From: Octopus sinensis
Lineage: Eukaryota
Length of the DNA: 64,000 nucleotides
Assembly: GCF_006345805.1 (NCBI RefSeq)
Contig: NW_021833073.1
Location: 20,356-84,355 of the forward strand
Direction of reading: 5' to 3'
The notes beneath the pieces are model-generated. The model was not told the origin of the DNA, did not search any database, and saw only the letters and a program-made list of their open reading frames with translations. Positions 50,945-64,000 of the stretch are shown in pieces. Position 1 is the first letter of the stretch, and each line of letters begins with the position of its first letter. Made by a program: the position numbers and the translations under genes.

Positions 50945-53900
50945 ATAATAAATCATAACAGAAATGAACGCACCGGTACCCTACGAAAATGACGACCGTC
51001 AAAATAATGGGCCGGACGTTGTTCCTCATGTCCCGCAAATAAAACTCAAAAGACATAAATAGACACGTGAGGAATACATTTCTATCCTACACGCATACTT
51101 CACATCAGTGCTCTACCCAAAAAATGAAAACACAACACATACATATAAAATATGGAAGGAAAATAACTTAAATATAGACTTGGATACAGCAATGAACCCT
51201 AATAAATTAGCTAACGTACGAAGATACATTCTCAACGCAAAAAAATATCAGAAATAGAAATAGAACATTTAAAAGAAAAAATACACCAGGAAAATGTAGA
51301 TAGAAGCCACACAACAATGCCAAATAATATAAACACTGAAACAGTAAAACACGAAGACAAACGTAACATTCCCAAAAAACACGATGTAAACAAAAAACAA
51401 CAAACCCAGACCGTAAGGATGCATAATAATATACGACAAACAGCAAGCCAAAACACAACAAACAAACATATAAATAAGAAAGAAAGTGACACAAATCTAA
51501 AACCTGGAAACAACGAAGGGGAGCCTAATGATTATGATAATATAAAAAGTAAAATAATCAAAGAACTGAAAACCACAGACCTCAAAATATACCACCGACC
51601 ATACCTCCCAAAAATTAAAATAGACAAAACAACAACATCAATTATAAACAGCATAAACCTAGCCGTCACGGAACTAATAGCCACTGAACCAAAAAGCGAT
51701 ATCACTGAGCTAAATGACTTAGTATACGCAGCAGCCACTGCAGCCACAAAAGAAGCTGGATACTCACTCAAACCCATCCAAACAGGAGTACCACCACCCA
51801 AACAAACCCTGTGGATAAATAACATCCAAAACAAAATACAAAACATGAGAAAAGATCTGTCGATTCTTAATGTAATCAGTAGACAATCAACGCTACTGAG
51901 CAACAAAAGGAAAACAAAAATACTCCGAAAATATAACATCACAGAAAAAGATTTACCTGAGATAAAAGAAAAGCTGAAGCAAGATATCCTTGCCAAAGCA
52001 CAAAGGATCCGCCGGTACGAGAAACGCCAACGTTTCTTTGAACAAAACAAACAGTTCTACTCCAACCCCCAAAAGTTCTACCAAGAACTTGGCAAAAATA
52101 AAATAGAAATCTCTGCAGCACCAACGGCAGAAGAAGTGGAAGAATTCTGGAGAGAAATATGGTCGGCGAACGAACAACCAAAAACAAGTATTAAAACAAC
52201 AAACTTAGCATCTGATCAACTTTGGACCCCCATAACAACTGAAGAGGTCACCCAGGCACTGCAAAGACTAAGCATTTACTGCAGTAATATCGCAAAGATT
52301 GAACAAGCACCTGGACGAAAACAACCTGTTTCCAGAAGAGCAGAAAGGATGCCGCAAAGGCTCATATGGCTGTAAAGATCAACTAATGATCAATAAAGCC
52401 ATAACTGAAGACAGCCGCAGAAAGAAGAAAGGCCTCAGTATGGCCTGGATCGACTACAAAAAGGCATTTGATAGCATCCCCCACACATGGATCCTCGAAA
52501 CACTAGCCATTAACAAAGTAGCACCAACAATTATAAAATTCACAGGACACTCTATGAATAAATGGCAAACAGTGCTACAGCTCCAAACAAAAGAGGGTCT
52601 CATGAAAACCAAAGCCATCCCCATTAGAAGAGGAATATTCCAGGGAGATACGCTCTCTCCACTCCTTTTCTGCTTGGCACTGTCACCTCTATCTGATATG
52701 CTAGATAGAACTGGATGCGAATACAAATGTTACGGCAAAACGATCAGCCACCTTTTAGATATGGATGACCCAAATTTACGCTGCAAATGACAAACACCTG
52801 GAAACACTACTAAAGACAGTTTACCAAAAAAATAGATATGAAATTTGGATTAGAAAAAATGCGCCAAAGTAACCCTGAAAAGAGGAAAACTAGTTAAGAG
52901 TAGCAACATCACACTAGATAAAACCAATGAAATAAAAGAATTAGACCAAAGCCAAACTTACAAATACTTAGGAATCCATGAACTAGATAAGACACATCAC
53001 ACACATATGAAAGAGGAAATAAAAAAAGAATATTATAGATGAGTTGGATCAATACTAAAAACAGAGCTCAATGTTAAAATCAAGATAATAGGTATCAACA
53101 CTTTAGCTGTCCCAGTTATAAGTTACAGCTACAATATCCTTAACTAGACACTAAATGAACTGACCAAAATAGATAGGAAAACAAGAAAAATAATGACAGG
53201 ATCTAGGATGCATCACCCAAAAGAAGAAGAAGAAAAGGAAGAAAAAGAAGAAGAAGAAGATGAAGAAACAACAAAAGCTATAAAACAAATGAAATCCAAA
53301 CTAAAAATAGAACAGCAAAGAACCATGATAAAACGATGGCAAGAAAAGCCCCTTCATGGTAAATACTGGACTAAACTAAGTGCAAAATATATAGACAAAC
53401 AAAAATCCCAGCAATGGTTAAGAAGCTCAGGACTCAAAGCAGAGACAGAGGGATTTTTAATTGCAGCACAAGACCAAAGCCTCCCCACCAGAAATTACCA
53501 AAAACATGTAATGAAAAGAAACATAACAAGTAACTGCAGAATATGTGGAGATGGACAAGAAACAATAAATCATATTATCTCTGGCTACCCAGTCCTGGCT
53601 AAGAAGGAATATATTCACAGACATGACACAGTTGGAGCCTACATACACTGGAAGCTATGCCAACATTATGGAATAACAACAGAAAAAAGATGGTATAGGC
53701 ACACACCAGAAAAGGTCACAGAAAACGAGAAAGCAACCATACTCTGGGATATGCCGATACACACAGATAGAGAAATTAAGGCCAACAGAACAGATATAGT
53801 TGTCAGAGATCATGAAGAAAAAAATGCTTTCTAATTGATGTATCAATACCGGCAGATGACAACGTGTCTCTAAAAGAAATGGAGAAACTTTCAAAATACA

Positions 53901-54196
53901 AAGACCTGGAAATAGAGGTAACGCAGAATTTGGAATCTAAAAGCGAAACAATCCCTATCATAGTAGGTGCATTAGGCATGATAAAAAATATTCAGACAAA
54001 TTACATAACAAAAACACCAGGACTTACAAACACTATAACATACAGAAAATTGCACCTACTACAGGCACTGCACCATCCTACGCAGAACACTTTCCATACA
54101 ATAACCATCAGAACAGCACAACAAATCACAGCACTACCCAAGGCACCACAGCTGCGCTCGGTAGTGAAGTGAAAGCACGCTATAAAAATAAAACTA

Positions 54197-54200
<4 letters not shown>
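50945..54200 (+). mobile_element. Near full-length R4/Dong-type RLE LINE with internal deletions and frameshifts
   Basis: ORFs 51317-52375, 52299-52790 (RT), 53193-53834 (CCHC remnant) and 53864-54172; RLE motif ANRTDIVV..IDVS..KYKDL. (AAT)n at both ends. Confidence 0.93.
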
Positions 54201-54259
<59 letters not shown>

Positions 54260-54298
54260 TAATATTTATAACTAATAATAATAATAATAATAATAATA

Positions 54299-54337
<39 letters not shown>

Positions 54338-54426
54338 ATATACGCACACTAACTAACGCATATATACGTATAAATACATATATGCGGACACACATATAAA
54401 TATTAATAAAATAAAGAGAAAAAGAT

Positions 54427-54840
54427 TATAAGTCCTGAGTGGTTCTCTCCCCTTGTGAGAAATTCTCCCATCATTCTATTTCTTATTAATCTCACTTGCT
54501 TCGGAAGCATCCGTAGGTGGAAGTACTAACAGTCGCCTGTCGAAATTCTCAGGTGTGTGTCATACGATGCTAGAATTCTGAATGCTACTAATGGCAATGT
54601 ACCATGGCGAAATGAAACATATAGGAAATTGATCCCTCCTAAGTCATCTTGACGTGGAAATACGAAAAGAGTTCTGGAATTCAAACCCGAGAAAAACGCA
54701 GTGAGGCATGTATGTAGTTTGTAGAGAAAACGGTAATCGAGCTTACACGAAGAACTATAAAACAAGGTGAATAAGTACTGGAAAGAATGAGAGGAATAAA
54801 ATAAGATCCTCCAAAGACTCACAGGATGAAATCTTAAACA
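54427..54840 (+). repeat. Possible solo LTR; its first ~60 bp recur at 55301
   Basis: Starts T(A/G)TAAGTCCTGAG, has AATAAA, ends ...cttaaaca; no TSD. Confidence 0.3.
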
Positions 54841-55429
54841 GTTAAGAGATTTTCCCTCTTGCTTTCATTCAATCTCTTTGACTCTTTGTCTCTCCTCTAC
54901 TGGACCAAAAACAGAAAATATAGATTGCTCTTGCGTATAACGTAAATTTAATTTTAAATTACTCTGAGGAGTTCATTGCCTTACCTCTGTCTCTTCACTT
55001 TTTGTTTCCACTGTAAAGAGAGAAAAACAACAACAAAAAAAAGACAAAGAAGAGAAGAAGATCGATCGCATATAGTTCCTAAAATGTTTTAAATGAATAT
55101 AGTCCAACTAGTTTCATAATCCCGGGTTACGTTGCATCGATATGCTCCAATGAGAGCGAAATAACATTATATGCAGGTACAAGGACACCCAAAATGGGGG
55201 AAAAAAAACTATCTTTAACTATCTTTCATGTTAACTAAATCATAAGAAAATGATATCACTCTATAATAATGAGGCAAAAAGATTAAAAATGAAAAAAGAG
55301 TGTAAGTCCTGAGCGGTTCTCTCTCTTGGAGGGAAATTTTTCCTCCTTTCTATTTCGCAACTCTCTTTCTCTGCGTGTTTACTGCTCCAACGGTCGCCGA
55401 ACAGACTGTTTCGCTCGTTATCGTCAAAG

Positions 55430-58400
55430 TCTAGAGTTTCCTCCGCAGAACTTCGTCGCATTTTTCTTCCACGAATCCTCTATAAAACGTTAGAGTGGAA
55501 CTACTACCGATCGCATTGCCCGCTTGGCGGAGGGCTGAGAGAACTTGACGGCACTCGAGGTGCCAAGCGCCCTTTCTCGGTTGCATTTGATCCAAGATTG
55601 CATGCAGCTCTGTCAAAGAGACGAACTGCGGAAAGTCGCGTCTGAAAAAAGACGACCACACCTGTTCACCGTCTAGGAAACGCTTCAGATGCCGTAGCCT
55701 GAGCGTATGTCTGCGCATCAGTAAACAAGGCATGCCAAGGCCTCCGTTCAGCGGCCGTTGACAGCAGATGGAGCGCCTGACCAGTGGTACTCGACCCTTC
55801 CACAAAAGTTGAAGAGCAACGCAACAGCTTGGCTAACCAGCCGATCGGACAAGGGACAACGGTCAATCGTTAATAGATGATGACGGATGCGATGTACGCA
55901 TTCGCCACCTTCGCTCGACCTTTCAGGGACAGCTTCCTGTCGGCCCATTTCTGGGTGAGATTGGCCACCCGTTTAGTCACTTCTTCCCAGTTTTTATCCA
56001 CCTGGAGGTCTGGACCGAACCAGACCCCGAGCAGTTTAAACGGGGTCCGTCTGCCCAGCGCCCTATGACGCTGTTGGACGGCATGGACTTGCCTCTCGAG
56101 GTGCCTAGTTGCAAGCCCACGGACTTTTCTGCGTTAATCTTTGCACCTGTCACCGCTTCGTACTCGTTTAGTGTCTCGCCGATCAGACCAATGTGGCTGT
56201 GGCTCGACACCATCACGGTGACGTCGTCGCATAGGCAGACACACTGTTTCCACCTCCTAGATCGCGCGGGATACCCCTCAAAGCCTCAACTGCTCATAAT
56301 CACTCGAGAGTTTATACGTACAGGAGGGAGGAGAGAGGGTATCCTTGGCGAACCGAACGCGAGATGTCGAACGGCTCCGAGCAGAGTGATGGGCCTAAAG
56401 TTCCCTATAACGTCCACCTTGTTTGGATCCTTTCTCAGCAAAGCCACCACTCCTCGACAACAAAAGCAGGATTCTCCCGTTTTGTTGTCAGTTCAGTAGA
56501 CGTTTCCCAAGAGGCCCGCAAACAAGTCTGGCATTGAAGTGTAAGCTCGTAGGGCAGAACATCCAACCCGGCGATCTGCCTCTCGTGCAGCTCTTCATTG
56601 CTTCCTCCACTTCCCAGGCAGATATCGGTCTTTCGCAGCACTCCACCTCGTCGCTGCCGAGAGTTGCGGTAGGCCGTCCAGGTACCCCACTGAAGTATGT
56701 CCCGTTGTCCGTCCCAAACAGTTGAGCAAACACCGCACACATCTGCTTTGCTCGGAAAACCTCGCACCCGTTCTGGTCCCCAAAGACCGAATGGTCGCTT
56801 TGTTGCCGCGCTTCGCCTCCGCCACGCGGGCCCATCGAGCGCCTTAGTTCCCTCCCCGCTTAGCGAACGTGCCTTAGCTCTGACAACGCAGCCTTCGTGT
56901 TTGGCGTCAAAGTGTTGGTGAAGGGCCAACCTTGCCGCCAACACGTCGGTTGCAATGCCTGTCTCAAGAGTCTCGTCTAGTTTTCTAACTAAATCCCGCT
57001 CTGTTTTCCTACGTTCTACTGCTTGAGCTTTAATAAACCTAATCGATTCTGCTCTAATTGTTCTCTTGAGAGCAAACCACCAGTTGCTGTTGATGACTGT
57101 CCCCGTGAGAGCCCGTTTAACTAATAAAATAATCCGGTCTCTGTAGGCTTTGCACGCCGTTAACGATGCGTTCAGCTTCCAGTAGCCAGGACCCTGTCTA
57201 TGTAGCCAATCTAAGTCGATCGTACAGATCACGAATTTGTGGTCCGTGTAGTCGACTAGGTGGAATTGTGGACACCTTATGCTGTCCTTATCCGCTGGCC
57301 TACAGAAAGTACGATCTAGACGATCCGATGCGATTAGTCCAAGTCCACATTGGCACATTCGGGTTGTCCAGTCGAAACCTGTCGGACAGCTGAAAGCGCC
57401 TGAGCAGGTTGGCGAGGCTCTTGCACCCCTCTCTCCCATCAGATGCCCCCGTGCCCACCCGATCGAAACGTTCGTCTAAGACAGCGTTCCAATCCCCAAC
57501 TAGCACTAGAGTGCGTGACGTTGCCAAGAAAACCTCCAGACGTTTGAAATAATCGGACTGCCCTGCCCTGTCGAAGCGTAGGCAGCCAGCAGTCTGAAAG
57601 CACCCTCGTCACTACCGTCAACGTCGAGGTCCACCAAATTACTTTCTGGATTTAGGAAGACTGTTTTTATTTTCAAATCAAGGCACTTCCGAAACAACAC
57701 CGCAGTACCACCACCGCCCGCTTCCGACCGACACGGAGATAGAAAAATCTCGTATCCGCCGAAAAGGGCTGCTAGTTACCGCGGGTCAGAGAGCCTGTTT
57801 CGCTAATGGCTGCTACATCACGCTATGAAACCTCAGTCGTTTAACGGGTGACCCTGTTTCCAACGTGACCCGAGGTCTCTCACATTTATGCTACTGATTC
57901 TGAGTTTGACCATGTTTTAAAAGGGTATGAAGGAGAAAAAGGCTCTACTTACTGTGTTGTTGTTGTTTGGTGTGGGTGGCTCCTGTGCTTTTGCACGGGT
58001 GTTTCCATCGGGTTTTTGTATAGTTTTGTTGAGAAATTTCTCCCTAGCGACCGAACATCGTTTGAGTATTTCTCTTTAATTATGTGTATATTTATTTTCA
58101 TTGATTTTTATGGCGAGAATGTGTGCTGGTGGTGTGTTGTGTGTGGGTATAATAAAATCTGTAATTTTCGTGTCTGTGTTTCCTTCAGGTATGTAATAAG
58201 TTGCTCATCTTTTGTGTTTATTGCTGTAACGGTGTCTGTGTGTATTGGTGTGTGTGGCAGTAGTGGTGGAGAAAGTGTTGTTGATTGTTGTAGTGAGTGC
58301 TTGTTGTCGTTGTTGATGTTGGGAAGCTCTATTTGTTCGCGCCTCAACAGTGTGTCATGTGTTGCTTTGTGTTTTTTCTTCTCTTTTTCTTTAGTGGCAC

Positions 58401-59935
58401 TGTGTGCCACTCCCCTTTCTCACTATCAGTGCTCGCACAATCCGAGCTGATTTGGTCTGGAAAGGGGACGTCTGTCGGGTCCGTTTCAACATTTTGGCGA
58501 AATGCTGTTCATTCTGTTGGAAACGGCGGCGCTGTTATTATTGTTGCATCTGTTTCCTTCTGTGTGCTCTTTCTTGATGTTGGTGTTGGTTTGGTGGTGG
58601 TTGGAGGTGGTGTCGCTCTTCGTGGTGGAGGTGCAGAAACCCTTAGTGTCCCACGCTTTTGTTGTTGTTGTTGCTGCTGCTTCTTTCTTTTCTGCCTCCA
58701 TTCTTTGCTTATAAATGGGGCAGTCCTTTCTTTAGATGTTTTTCGCTGCTACAGAGGTAACACTTTGATTTTCGCCCCTCTACAGCAACGTGTAATCTGG
58801 TGCCGTCCGGCAAATTAACCGAGTCGGGTATGGCATTTATATTTTCCTGCTGAATTTTCACCAGCAGCTGTACCCTCATACCTGACCAGTTCCGCTCTCG
58901 CAACCTGTGCACTTCCAGAATAGTGGCAGTGTCCTCTATGTTATAGATGACAGCAGCCACTAGCCAAGATATGCTTAGCTCTGGCGGCACCTGGTCAATT
59001 AAAATTTTTGTTACTCGTCGACCAAGATATGTTGGTACGAGCAACAAATTTTCTGTTTGCAAGGGCGAAATAGCATGCTTCCTTGCCTCTTCTTCCGTTG
59101 GGAATCGAACCTCCACGGTTCCAAACCGCTTTCCTTTGGTCACATAGCTCTTTTGACCCCATATGGGCTTTAGAGCTATCTCTAGTTGTTGTGGTGCTGC
59201 ATTGCTCAATTTCTTATATTTTCTTTCGAAAATCCTATAGAAGATTGTTTTTATGTTTGTGTCATTTATTAGTTGTTGTCGTGTATTGAGGAAAACACTG
59301 TTTCCCTGTTTCCTCAACAACTCTTTTGCACTTTCAATTTCTTCCATCGTAACTTTTATTTCCTCCGAGCTCTGTTTTGCAGCGGAAGCGAAACCCTTAC
59401 GATGACTTTCACTTTTTGTGTCGTTGCTGGTGGTGGTGTCGGTGTCGTTGCTGGTCCTCTTTCTCTCCTTCTCCGCTACTGGAGTAATGGTGGAGGGAAG
59501 AGCAGGGAAATCTTGAAAGACATCAAAAGTGACGCCTTCGTTTACACTTTCATTTGGGACGTTGCACGCGCAGGCACGTTCTTTCCAATTTTCTTGTTTG
59601 CCTTTTAAGGCACGAAATGGGCGGTTTGGAGCCGTTTTCGAAATTGTTTGTGTTTGTGGAGGGGGTGATGTTTGAAGAAGTGAACAGCTAATTGCTCTCT
59701 TCAACGACATTTTTTTGTAAAATAAATGTGAATGTTTGCAAAAATTTAAAAGTTCAAACGAAAATTTTACCCCTAATAGGGGTAAAATTTGCCTAACCAA
59801 CTAGCTCCACAAGACGTTAGTTGGCTTCGCCACACAAATATACAAAAATATTTAAACCTTTTCCGAAGTTTCAGGCAGAAATGGTGCAAAAGCTTACGAG
59901 CTTCGGGAAAACACATCCGCCCACTTCGGAAGAAA
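55430..59935 (-). mobile_element. L1/Tx1-clade LINE with 5' UTR, ORF1 and ORF2 (APE-RT), 3'-truncated and heavily frameshifted
   Basis: ORF2 start at 57913 (MVKLRISSINVRDLG); APE motifs GDWNAVLD, WKLNAS; similar to 5662-8750; ORF1 at 58709-59800. Confidence 0.9.
58709..59800 (-). pseudogene. ORF1 (RRM-like + C-terminal zinc knuckle, frameshifted at the knuckle)
   Basis: GTVEVRFPTEEEA; VEGRKSKCYLCSSEKH; lies upstream of the APE ORF2. Confidence 0.8.
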
Positions 59936-59939
59936 TAAA

Positions 59940-59946
59940 AATAATG

Positions 59947-59985
<39 letters not shown>

Positions 59986-60027
59986 TATAATAATAATAAT
60001 AATAATATAGTAATAATAATAATAATA

Positions 60028-60065
<38 letters not shown>

Positions 60066-60135
60066 TAATAATAATATAATAATAATAATAATAATATAAT
60101 AATAATAATAATATAATAATAATAATAATAGGGTA
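59940..60135. repeat. (AAT)n microsatellite
   Basis: Direct reading. Confidence 0.95.
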
Positions 60136-62068
60136 GTATAACTCCAAACAAATAGGGAAAAATTCAATTTAGTATTAAATCAAATTCACATATAAATATA
60201 TAATATATATAAATATTTATAATATTTTGTTTTCTTATGATTTGGTTTATGTCTATCGTATTTGAATTGCATAATAGGGTTTTTCCTCTATTTATTATAT
60301 ATATATATATATATATCTATATATATATTATTATATATATATTATACAACAAGAAAAAAAACAAAACAACGCGAGGACGGGTACATGCTAACAAGTATTA
60401 AAAGAGACAGATTGATAGATGGATAGGTGGATGGATGGATGGATGGATGGATGGATGGATGGATGGATGGATAGATGGATCGATGGATCATGGATGATGG
60501 ATGGATGGTGATGATTGTTAAAACTACATCTCAGGTAAAATTTTTAAAATCTTTGTTACATATTACCCTCTCGACATCAAGTTCCAAAATCGCAAAGTTA
60601 ATCTTTAAACAGAACGTTAGAAGTTGTGGAAGATAATAATAATAATAAAATTAATATAAAATAATACGAATATCTATTAAAAACGGAAGCGAATTTTTGT
60701 GATATAATATAAAAATAACTAGTAGATATATTAGTATAAAAAAAGGAAAGTGGTATATTTATTACTAAAACTGTAGAAAATAAACGATAATACTAACAAA
60801 CTGAAACCAAATAAATGTATTTAGAGACAATGTTTACGAAATACAGGGATGGATACAACAAGAGAATATGATAAATATTAATTTTAGACATGAAAATATA
60901 AGTAAATATTTAAGAAATTCATAGAAAGTATGGAGTACAATGAGAATAATATGAATATAAATTAATAAGAGGGTTTTCTAAGAGGAGAAGGGGGATTTAT
61001 TAATAGATTAGGAAATAATTGTTACATAATTTGGTTTAAGAAAAGAAAATCATATTGTAATCCTTTATAGAGACAGAATTTCCAAAATATAGGGCTGGAT
61101 ATCAGCTGGATATCATCAAGAAGAATATGAACAACTTGAAATTAATGAGTATAGGTTCAAATATATAAGTAAATACATGTTACCAGTAGCACTCGAAAGT
61201 GACCTGACATACGTATATACATACATACATACATACATACATACATACATACATACATACATACATACATACATACACATACCCAAGCATGGCATCTATG
61301 TACATCGTTCAAAATACGAGAATGCAAGTGTACACATATGCAGATATATTTGTGCATCAGTATGCATGCGTGTGTGTGTGTGTGTGTCTGCGTTCGTGCG
61401 TGTGTGTGTTTGTGTGTGTGTGAGTATGTGTGTGAATTTATAAATGACGAGAAAAATAGTATGGAGAAATTTACTTAACCGTAGAAAAATTCAAATATCA
61501 CAATAGATTGTTTCATAAATTAAAACATGTACACGTAATTTATTTTATAATATATATATTATTTTATGTTATCTATAAATAAATAAATAAAATTTATGAA
61601 TAAATTCATTTATTCATAAATGAGTGATTTTCATGTCTGCATAAATACAAATGATAGCTTTATTGTTATTTCACTTCTTCACTAATAATAATCATTTATA
61701 CTCCATGTAATAATATTTAACTATTTTTATTGTCAATTGCATCATCTTCAATAAAACAATTCATACTTTGAACATATTTAAATACTAACAATGTTTATAA
61801 GATATTTAGGTATAAAAGTAATTTTTAGCGTATCTACCTGTATTATAACTATAATTATGTATTTTAAACAATGTTTTAATGATTGCATATCAATATTTTT
61901 TTCCCGATTATTTACGTCATATACTTTAATCTATCCCATTCTACAATACTGAATTATACTAATCTTATCCTATATTACTACCTATTCCCTATTTACTTAT
62001 ATATTTGAACCTATAATCATTAATTTAATGTTGTTATTATTTTTATTGTTGATATCCAGCCCTATTAA

Positions 62069-62590
62069 GGCGGCGAGCTGGCAGAATCGTTAGCACGTCG
62101 GGCGAAATGCGTAGCCGTATTTCGTCTGCCGTTACGTTCTGAGTTCAAATTCCGCCGAGGTCGACTGTGCCGTTCATCCAATTGGGGTCGATTAAATAAG
62201 TACCATTTACGCACTGGGGTCGATGTAATCGACTTGATCCTTTTGTCTGTCCTTGTTTGTCCCCTCTGTGTTTACCCCCTTGTGGGTAGTAAAGAAATAG
62301 GTATTTCGTCTGCCGCTACGTTCTGAGTTCAAATTCCGCCGAGGTCGACTTTGCCTTTCAACCTTTCAGGGTCGATAAATTAAGTACCAGTTACGCACTA
62401 GGGTCGATGTAATCGACTTAATCCGTGTGTCTGTCCTTGTTTGTCCCCTCTGTGTTTAGCCCCTTGTGGGTAGTAAAGAAATAGGTATTTTGTCTGCCGC
62501 TACGTTCCAAGTTCAAACTGCGCCGAGGTCGACTTTGCCTTTCATCCTTTCGGGAGTGATATATTAAGTATCAGTTGCGTATTGGGCTCG
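62069..62590 (+). mobile_element. SINE family 2 (Meta-domain-like) with the body repeated three times at a 184 bp period
   Basis: Units start gtatttcgtctgcc at 62117, 62301 and 62485; contains gaggtcgactttgcctttcatcctttcggggtcgat...agtacca. Confidence 0.8.
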
Positions 62591-62716
62591 CTCTAATTGA
62601 GTGGCTCCCTCCCAGGATATCTAGCTTTATATTTCGGAAACTCTGTCTCTATAAAGGATAAATATATGATCTTCCTTTTCTTATACCAAAATTATGTTAC
62701 AATTATTTCCTAATAT

Positions 62717-63126
62717 CTCTTTCTCTTTTCTCTTTTACTTGTTTCAGTCATTTGACTGCGGCCATGCTGGAGCACCGCCTTTAATCGAGCAACTCGACCC
62801 CGGGACTTATTCTTTGTAAGCCCAGTACTTATTCTATCGGTCTCTTTTTTGCCGAACCGCTAAGTGACGGGGACGTAAACACACCAGCATCGGTTGTCAA
62901 GCAATGCTAGGGGAACAAATACAGACACACAAAGAAACACATATATATATATACATATATACGACAGGCTTCTTTCAGTTTCCGTCTACCAAATCCACTC
63001 ACAAGGCATTGGTCGGCCCGGGGCTATAGCAGAAGACACTTGCCCAAGATGCCACGCAGTGGGACTGAACCCGGAACCATGTGGTTGGTTAGCAAGCTAC
63101 TTACCACACAGCCACTCCTGCGCCTA
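62717..63126 (-). mobile_element. Full-length SINE family 1
   Basis: Near-identical to 37621-38022. Confidence 0.9.
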
Positions 63127-63639
63127 ATATCTTAATAAATCTTTCTTTTCCTATGAGACAACTGTCTTCTTTATTTATACTAATATTATTCTCATTGTAC
63201 TCCATACATTTTATGAATTTCTTAAATATTTACTTAGAAGTAAACTCCAAAGTGGTGGTGATCTGCATTTTGAGAGGCTACAAGAGTTTTCAAAATCAAT
63301 GCACATATGAAGGGAGATAATAATAATAATTTCTAGATTGTTCTCTCCCTTGCATTATGCCTAGACTTGGTTTTTTGCATGAATTTCCATCCACTAAATT
63401 TAATACTTATCAATCCCTGTATTTCATAAACATTCTCTCTAAGTACTTTTATTTAGTTTCTTTTTGTTAGTATTATTTTCTCTCTGCTTTTACAATCTTT
63501 TATTTTCTACATTTTTAATAATAAATATACCACTTTCCTTTTATTATACTAATTATATCTACTAGTTATTTAATAATTATATCACAAAAATGTCCATCCC
63601 TTTGTTAGATAATCGCCGTATTATTTAATTTTTATATTA

Positions 63640-63850
63640 TTATTATTATTATTATTCAGTAGTATATTTTTTATATCGTGCCTTCAATTCACTACCGAGA
63701 GCAGCTCTGTGTGCCTTGGGTATGTGCTGTGATTTGTTGTGATGCTCTGACGGTTATTGTATGGAAAGTGTTCTGCGTAGGATGTGTTGCAGTGCCTAGT
63801 AGATTTTGGGTGATGCATCCTAGATCCTGTCATTATTTTTCTTGTTTTCC
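63640..63850 (-). mobile_element. Internally deleted 3' fragment of the R4/Dong family with (ATT)n
   Basis: Matches ~2330-2465 joined to ~3523-3570. Confidence 0.85.
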
Positions 63851-64000
63851 TCAGGAGTGGCTGTGTGGTAAGTAGCTTGCTAATCAACTACATGGTTCCG
63901 GGTTCAGTCCTACTGCGTGGCACCTTGGGCAAGTGTCTTCTGCTATAGACCCGGGCCGACCAATGCCTTGTGAGTTGATTTGGTGGACGGAAACTGAAAG
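63851..64000 (+). mobile_element. SINE family 1 head, runs off the window end
   Basis: caggagtggctgtgtggtaag...ggttcagtcc. Confidence 0.85.

Noticed and set aside
62117-62590. CRISPR-like array
   Set aside because: Contiguous 184 bp tandem units without unique spacers, in a eukaryotic SINE context.

Overview
AT-rich, microsatellite-dense animal genomic DNA; the SINE families resemble those I recall from octopus/cephalopods, but I did not verify this by search. No intact host gene, rRNA, true tRNA or CRISPR array is supported. The window is a nest of transposons: R4/Dong-type RLE LINEs, L1/Tx1-type LINEs, at least five Penelope-like elements (PLEs; Neptune-like and Naiad-like GIY-YIG types), a Tc1 element, a hAT-type MITE and many tRNA-derived SINEs. 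Three signals stand out. (1) A set of minimal type-I hammerhead ribozyme (HHR) motifs sits in or near PLE pseudo-LTRs; several unrelated ones share an unusual 52-60 nt stem-II extension and a tiny, often palindromic stem III. (2) A 1.97 kb ORF1-only (HAL1-like) retroelement has a 13-15 bp TSD, and its empty site is preserved in an inverted paralogous segment. (3) Three LINE families each sit in their own microsatellite: (TAA)n, (GATA)n or (CATA)n. Family assignments rest on motifs recognised by eye; coordinates of degenerate elements are approximate.
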